DNA of 64,000 nucleotides, taken from Candidatus Obscuribacterales bacterium (lineage in GTDB: Bacteria > Cyanobacteriota > Vampirovibrionia > Obscuribacterales > Obscuribacteraceae). The position numbers were made by a program, and so were the translations under genes. Below are positions 59,190 through 64,000 of this stretch, in pieces. Every line of letters begins with the position of its first letter. Within the stretch, counting starts at the first letter, position 1. Location of the stretch: assembly GCA_965228855.1 (NCBI GenBank), contig CBDDIJ010000003.1, forward strand, positions 768,001 to 832,000. Reading direction: 5' to 3'. The notes under the pieces are model-generated. The model was not told the origin of the DNA. It did not search any database and was given only the letters and a program-made list of their open reading frames with translations.

Positions 59190-59969
59190 TTATTTCGACC
59201 CTGAGAAGTTCAACATCATTTCTTCGATTCCTTTGCCTGCAACGACCGCGGCCAGTGACGGAGCAGGTTTTAAACCTTCCCTTGGCGCGGAGAAGAATGA
59301 GACCGGTTTTCTCACATTTGTGATTGAGTTGGTCTTAAGACTAGTCTTCGCCGGCTGTCCTACTGCCTTCGATTGAGCTTCGAGAACAACGCTAGAATTT
59401 GGAGTGGTTAGATATAATCCTTCGCAGAACGCGGCGGCACCTCGGCTAAGCTTGAGATGAGCGGTTGCGATGAATGTCATTCTGGTAGGTTGTCTCTTTT
59501 CGCTCGACGAGCGATAGAAACTGCCCACATAACCGCTGCCGGTATGGCTGATGCGGCTATTTTTCAATGCCGGCATACCCATGAATGTCAACTTCTGCGG
59601 CGGATTCTTTGGGTCATCAAATAGCTTTCGATTCGAAGCCGAGAGTGACTCGATGCCTGATTCATGCCATTCTCTTTGTGAGATTGAGAACGATTGCTTG
59701 TCGTGGTTCCAACAGTGAACGTCCCAGTCCGGTGCTGATGAAACCACATGCAAAAGACCGTTCATAGCATCGAGTCTAGCGTGATCGCGTCCCAGGTACA
59801 GCTTCATTTTGCCGATTTTTTGGTCGTCCTGATCGATCAGTATGCAGTCGACAAGTTTATCAGTAGCCGCTTTCGGCTTATCAGCTGCAACGCCTGGTGA
59901 GTGCAACATCGAACAGGTCGCTGTTAAAACTGCCATTGCTAGTTTCAGGTGAAGAGACTGCTTTTGCAT
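59190..59969 (-). CDS. Secreted hypothetical protein
   Basis: Signal-like N-terminus; VVSSAPDWDVHCWN. Confidence 0.65.
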   Translation of the reverse strand: MQKQSLHLKLAMAVLTATCSMLHSPGVAADKPKAATDKLVDCILIDQDDQKIGKMKLYLGRDHARLDAMNGLLHVVSSAPDWDVHCWNHDKQSFSISQREWHESGIESLSASNRKLFDDPKNPPQKLTFMGMPALKNSRISHTGSGYVGSFYRSSSEKRQPTRMTFIATAHLKLSRGAAAFCEGLYLTTPNSSVVLEAQSKAVGQPAKTSLKTNSITNVRKPVSFFSAPREGLKPAPSLAAVVAGKGIEEMMLNFSGSK

Positions 59970-60063
59970 TCGACGTCGTTATTGCATGCGGTGAATGACA
60001 TGCTTCTATTAAATCACGTCTGAGAAACGCCGACTCCGCATACATCAACTTGCTCGGGCGGTA

Positions 60064-60882
60064 TCAGTATTGTTGTCTTTCGACGTCTCCGAAGTTGAAG
60101 TTCTGAATAGTCGTTTGCGCTGCCGTACTGACATTAGCTTCCTGCGCGACAATCTGGCGTCTTGAACCACGCGGATACTCTAAGATTTTGTTGCCGCTGA
60201 GCGCGTAAATAGCCTGTATAACAGCCTGATCGTAAGAAGGGAATTGTGAGTTTTGCGTCAGCCGAACGTTGATAATCTTTCGATTTGGAAGAACGTTAAG
60301 AAAATACCAGACCGAAGTTCCGTTTGGATAACGGCTCTGCATCATTTGAGTTCGTGGATCCCAGACGAAATGAATATTGTTGTGGACATTGATGTTCTTA
60401 ATCGTATTGGCTTGAATAGCCTGTATCAGGTTGTTGCGCCATCGGTCCCACTCAATTGCCAGTTCTTGATTGTTGTCGTCCGGATCGTCGGATGCGCTGC
60501 CGGACAAAGTGGTATCAGTCGCATTTCCCTGGAGAGGTTGTCCGCGGTCTTGCATTCCCTGCTGGGCGTCCATCTGCCAGTTGGAGTCACCGGCACCGCC
60601 TTCTAAAATCGTGTCTTCAGCTCCGCCGGTGATTTCACTTTGTTCAATTCCACCTTGCAATGGTTTCACTTGGTGATTTTGCTTGTGGCGGCGAGAGTCT
60701 TTTGACTCTGCATTCGGTTGGTCTGACTCTTGAGACTGAGATTCGCTTACGGGATCCGGCAGGAACTGATTGGGATCGGGAGATTGGCTCTGAGCGAACA
60801 CCGGTGCGAAGAGGTTTGTCGAAAGGGCGATCGACAAAATCATGTTCTTGCTCAGCTTCCGGTATCTCATTATTCTCATCAC
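60064..60882 (-). CDS. Secreted protein with LxG-repeat linker and TonB-C-like C-terminal domain
   Basis: Signal peptide ending VFA; WDRWRN..; SQFPSYDQAVIQAI..L..P.GS. Confidence 0.65.
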   Translation of the reverse strand: MMRIMRYRKLSKNMILSIALSTNLFAPVFAQSQSPDPNQFLPDPVSESQSQESDQPNAESKDSRRHKQNHQVKPLQGGIEQSEITGGAEDTILEGGAGDSNWQMDAQQGMQDRGQPLQGNATDTTLSGSASDDPDDNNQELAIEWDRWRNNLIQAIQANTIKNINVHNNIHFVWDPRTQMMQSRYPNGTSVWYFLNVLPNRKIINVRLTQNSQFPSYDQAVIQAIYALSGNKILEYPRGSRRQIVAQEANVSTAAQTTIQNFNFGDVERQQY

Positions 60883-61086
60883 GGTTGAGTCCTATTACTT
60901 TGTACCCGAGATTATCATCAAGCTTGCGAGCGATTTTCGTTTGTTTGTCAGTCATGCCTTATGGGGGGCAAGAAATATTTCTCAGGCTGCACTCCTGTTT
61001 AAACCGGCTCATAATACGGTTGTGAAGCTGGACAATTCTCGACGTAAATGTACAATGGCTTTCCGGTTTTAGTATCGAGGAGTTTT

Positions 61087-61689
61087 ATGTTCAGAACCAG
61101 ATACGTGTGCTTAATCCTCTTACTAGCAGCAGCCCTTATGCCAATTAACTTGATGGGGCACTCAACGAATTCAGGCACACGTAATCAGACTGTACGGAAT
61201 TTTGACACCCAGAAGCTTTTAAACGGATTTACGCATGCTGCGTTTGCTGCTGAGAATGCCGATGTTCACGCAACTAAGCAAGTTAGTTTTGCAGAATTGG
61301 AAAAGTACCAATCTATTCTAGTCACCGCGGATGATGGCGTTTCTAAAATCAATTATGAGGGCGTTCCGCTGCGCGTTCTGATTTCGGAGTTAGTGCCGGA
61401 TGCAGATCTTGATACGACCATTGGTTGGAAGACTCTTGCTCAGAGGAAACTGGTTGCCGAGGTCACTGGTGATGATGGTTATCCTGGGCTTGTAACTGCG
61501 CTTGAAATTGCTAAAAACCGAGACGGCGATCGGTACATTCTTGCCACCAAAAGTGATGGCAAGCAGATTGAAAGTGGACCGCAGTTGATTTGTAAAATGG
61601 ATTCGGCAAAGACCAGATGGGTCAGAGATGTTGTTCAGCTTCGAATCGTCGAAGTTCCGCTTGCCGAGAAGAACGACACTGAGAAATAG
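61087..61689 (+). CDS. Exported molybdopterin-oxidoreductase-like domain protein
   Basis: GAGGAG RBS; YEGVPLRVLI, TGDDGY, GPQLI..D....RWVRDV. Confidence 0.65.
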   Translation: MFRTRYVCLILLLAAALMPINLMGHSTNSGTRNQTVRNFDTQKLLNGFTHAAFAAENADVHATKQVSFAELEKYQSILVTADDGVSKINYEGVPLRVLISELVPDADLDTTIGWKTLAQRKLVAEVTGDDGYPGLVTALEIAKNRDGDRYILATKSDGKQIESGPQLICKMDSAKTRWVRDVVQLRIVEVPLAEKNDTEK

Positions 61690-61768
61690 AGTTTAGCGGT
61701 TATATGGCGGTTTCGGGGATTGTGCTAGAATCTCTCCCTGTCAAATTGCGACGTACAGGAGAGTTTCA

Positions 61769-62065
61769 ATGAAAAAACTACTGCTAGCTGCTGCTGCGCT
61801 GCTGATCTCGGTAAACGCTGCCTATGCCGATGGCGACAATAAGGTCGGCAAAAACGTCAAAATCAAACGCGCCGAGGCGGAAGCCATCGCTTTGAAGGAA
61901 GTCCCTGGAACCGTACTGGACGCTGATATTGAGAAGAAAAAGACAGGTATCTTCTGGTATATCGATGTTAAACCTGCTGACGGCAAGGTCGCGAAGAAGC
62001 AAGTTCGCCTTGATGCAAACACCGGCGCCGTTACCGAAGTTAAGGTCGACGACGACAAAGACTAA
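61769..62065 (+). CDS. Secreted PepSY-domain protein
   Basis: Signal peptide ending AYA; IKRAEAEAIALKEVPG..WYIDV..LDANTGAV. Confidence 0.88.
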   Translation: MKKLLLAAAALLISVNAAYADGDNKVGKNVKIKRAEAEAIALKEVPGTVLDADIEKKKTGIFWYIDVKPADGKVAKKQVRLDANTGAVTEVKVDDDKD

Positions 62066-62135
62066 GCTCAGGATTTCCAAGAGGCGGAATGATACGGGGC
62101 GGTGCTAGAATGTCGAGAACTCAATAGGCGTTAGT

Positions 62136-62486
62136 ATGGACAACGAAATCAACACCTCTGGCGCGGCCTTTCTGCTCGACCTCGAATCTCAGCGGAAAAT
62201 TCCTGTTGTTATACCCGTGTGTCGTGTTGGTCGCGACATCGAAAACGATATTGTTCTCGCTGATGATACTTCGATTTCGAGATTTCATTCCGTCATCAAA
62301 CGAAATAATGATGAATACTCCGTTGAGGACGCCGAGAGCCGCAATGGTACGTTCGTGAATGGAACCAAGGTCACCGGTCCCGTCAAAGTCGTTGATGGCG
62401 ACACGCTCAAGCTTGGAAATATCACGTTCTGGTTTGTCATCGAAGCTGAAACCGAGAGCATTGTTGCCTCTACCAGTAGTGGCTAG
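62136..62486 (+). CDS. Single FHA-domain protein
   Basis: VGR..NDIVL.D.SISRFH..D.ESRNGTFVNG..GD.L.LG. Confidence 0.93.
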   Translation: MDNEINTSGAAFLLDLESQRKIPVVIPVCRVGRDIENDIVLADDTSISRFHSVIKRNNDEYSVEDAESRNGTFVNGTKVTGPVKVVDGDTLKLGNITFWFVIEAETESIVASTSSG

Positions 62487-63297
62487 GCTCAGTTTCAGGA
62501 GAGTGATTCTCTGCCTGGTGATTACGTCTGTGCTCCTGCAAGGCGAGGGTGCCTGGGCGAACTGGCGTGATGACAATCCGAATCAACCCAACGGATACGC
62601 AGCCAGCATGTATCGCTATCATCACGGTACGCCTGATGATGACGGTCCGCACGATGGTTACCGTGCGTCGGAATTCAGGGCTAGAAATGGACTGGACCGA
62701 TTTGCACCGCCGTCGGAAGATGATTCCGGAGGTGGTGGACGCTGGGGCGATAGCGGCGGACGGTTCGGTGGCGGAAGCGGTCTGGGGCGTCACTTCCGGC
62801 AGGGGCAAGCGGAGAGTCAGGCGTTCTGGCAAAACCGTATGCAGGGCCAAATGCAAAATCAACTTAGCCCCGCAGGTGGTGCGGCACCCCTGCGGTCGAA
62901 TTACATGAGACAGGGTGTTTCCACTCAGCCTCGGCACTTTCAGCTCAATCCGCAGCAGTTTCCTGAGAGTTCGATGCAGCAAATGCCGATGTCGTCAGCA
63001 CCTATGCAGCATGTGCCTGGGCAACAAATGCGTCAGTATCCACCCAGGTATGAGACACGGGTCACCAACCCTGCAGGCGGCTACGCGCAGGGATTCGGAG
63101 CAGAGCTACCGACGGCGCCGGCCTTCCCGGGCAACTATGCCGTGCCGATGTCAAACAGTTATCACTACGCGCCAAATAGCACTGCGTATGGAAATCCGTC
63201 GGCTTTGCGTTCTGCTGTAATGCAACATCCGGTCGGCTCACTGTTACGGAACAGCCAGGGTGGTTTCAATCGAATTTATGCTCCTCAACAATACTGA
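62479..63297 (+). CDS. Secreted low-complexity G/Q/P-rich protein
   Basis: Probable GTG start overlapping the FHA stop; hydrophobic signal ending AWA; disordered composition. Confidence 0.6.
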   Translation: MARLSFRRVILCLVITSVLLQGEGAWANWRDDNPNQPNGYAASMYRYHHGTPDDDGPHDGYRASEFRARNGLDRFAPPSEDDSGGGGRWGDSGGRFGGGSGLGRHFRQGQAESQAFWQNRMQGQMQNQLSPAGGAAPLRSNYMRQGVSTQPRHFQLNPQQFPESSMQQMPMSSAPMQHVPGQQMRQYPPRYETRVTNPAGGYAQGFGAELPTAPAFPGNYAVPMSNSYHYAPNSTAYGNPSALRSAVMQHPVGSLLRNSQGGFNRIYAPQQY

Positions 63298-63552
63298 TAA
63301 TGCGCTGCTGGTTGGGCGGTCACCACATGTAGTGCAGACTTGAACGCGCTAAAGGGCAAAAATTAATTTGCCGGAATTTCGAGCTCGGGTAGATTTGAAA
63401 CTGTATTTCTCTACGGCAAAAGTATATCCAGACTGGATTTACAGTCGGCTGAATGGTTATCTGACGCATGTGCGTATAACCACATTAACAACATCAATCG
63501 GATTGATATAGGCTAGGATGTAAATAGGAACCCCCAGCTTCGGACGTCAATC

Positions 63553-63756
63553 ATGAAAAGGCAAGGAAAATCACCAAACCGCAAACCCGCCGAGAATGAA
63601 GGTGGTACGTCCAGGCGAGCAAGTTCCAAAAAATTCCGCTATGGCTGTCCCTGCCGGGATGGCTGTGAGCCACTGCCCGGGTTCAATCCTTCGAAGAACA
63701 AGCCGGCAACGGAAACGAAGGTCGAAACTCAGGTGGCCGATTCCGACGACATCTAG
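63553..63756 (+). CDS. Small hypothetical protein with CPCxxxC motif
   Basis: 67-aa ORF, basic N-terminus, GCPCRDGCE, acidic end; weak RBS. Confidence 0.45.
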   Translation: MKRQGKSPNRKPAENEGGTSRRASSKKFRYGCPCRDGCEPLPGFNPSKNKPATETKVETQVADSDDI

Positions 63757-63778
63757 TTAGCACGCCAGTTTTTCTCGA

Positions 63779-64000
63779 TTACTCGGATTTGCTTTTGCTG
63801 TCTTTGGGCGTGGCATCAGCGGCTTCTTGTTTTTTCGCTGTATCGTCGGCGGTTTTGTTGGTTGCCGACCCGTCTGCAGAGGCTCCTTTGTCTTCACTCA
63901 GGGCGCGAATGGCGAGCTTCAGTTTCGTTAGATATGTGTCGGGCTCCGCGAACCCGGAGATGTTCGTATTTGCCTTTTTATTGACGTCCAGTATGCAAGT
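63779..64000 (-). CDS. 3' end of a possible thioredoxin-fold protein (truncated by window edge)
   Basis: Open frame TCILDVNKKANTNISGFAEPDTYLTKL..., Lys/Asp-rich tail, stop at 63779-63781. Confidence 0.45.
   Translation of the reverse strand, partial: TCILDVNKKANTNISGFAEPDTYLTKLKLAIRALSEDKGASADGSATNKTADDTAKKQEAADATPKDSKSKSE

Noticed and set aside
61732..61763. Hairpin sequestering the PepSY RBS (thermometer-like)
   Set aside because: An extended -10 TGCTAGAAT at 61723-61731 would place the TSS inside the 5' arm, so the stem probably does not form
63670..63695. GGGTTCAATCC tRNA T-arm-like sequence
   Set aside because: Loop is 1 nt short, with no acceptor, D or anticodon arms; lies inside an ORF
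1..64000. Mobile element, prophage or defence island
   Set aside because: No transposase, integrase, reverse transcriptase, nuclease-methylase or phage genes recognised, and no obvious composition break by eye

Overview
Chromosomal window from a bacterium of roughly 50% GC (estimated by eye). The gene content (RRM protein, long-chain flavodoxin, many secreted TPR, TonB-C-like and VWA proteins, a giant Gly/Asn/Ser/Thr-rich exoprotein) suggests Vampirovibrionia/Melainabacteria such as Obscuribacterales; this is inference. I saw no rRNA, tRNA, CRISPR array, integrase or transposase. About 55 CDS are supported. They include a GH3 beta-glucosidase, a TetR-EmrAB efflux locus, a cNMP-domain thioredoxin-reductase-like protein, a ~3,419-aa adhesin-like protein, a sulfatase, an FMO, SDRs, MscS, HrpB, an agmatinase-family enzyme, a tandem USP, and FHA and PepSY proteins. 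Best candidate for an undescribed system: a flavodoxin / Cys-poor ribosomal S4 / small CxxC protein operon behind a Fur-family-like box (38293-39765), possibly an iron-sparing ribosome-remodelling module. Other highlights: a DUF5685 protein with a 25-Cys tail under a palindrome-overlapped promoter, a circularly permuted DHH-like protein, a NarL-type receiver whose HTH is replaced by a Cys motif, an E2-like protein lacking the catalytic His, a shared ECF-type promoter, and an 18-bp tandem repeat in the giant gene's 3' UTR. All family calls come from motif recognition by eye, not database searches.
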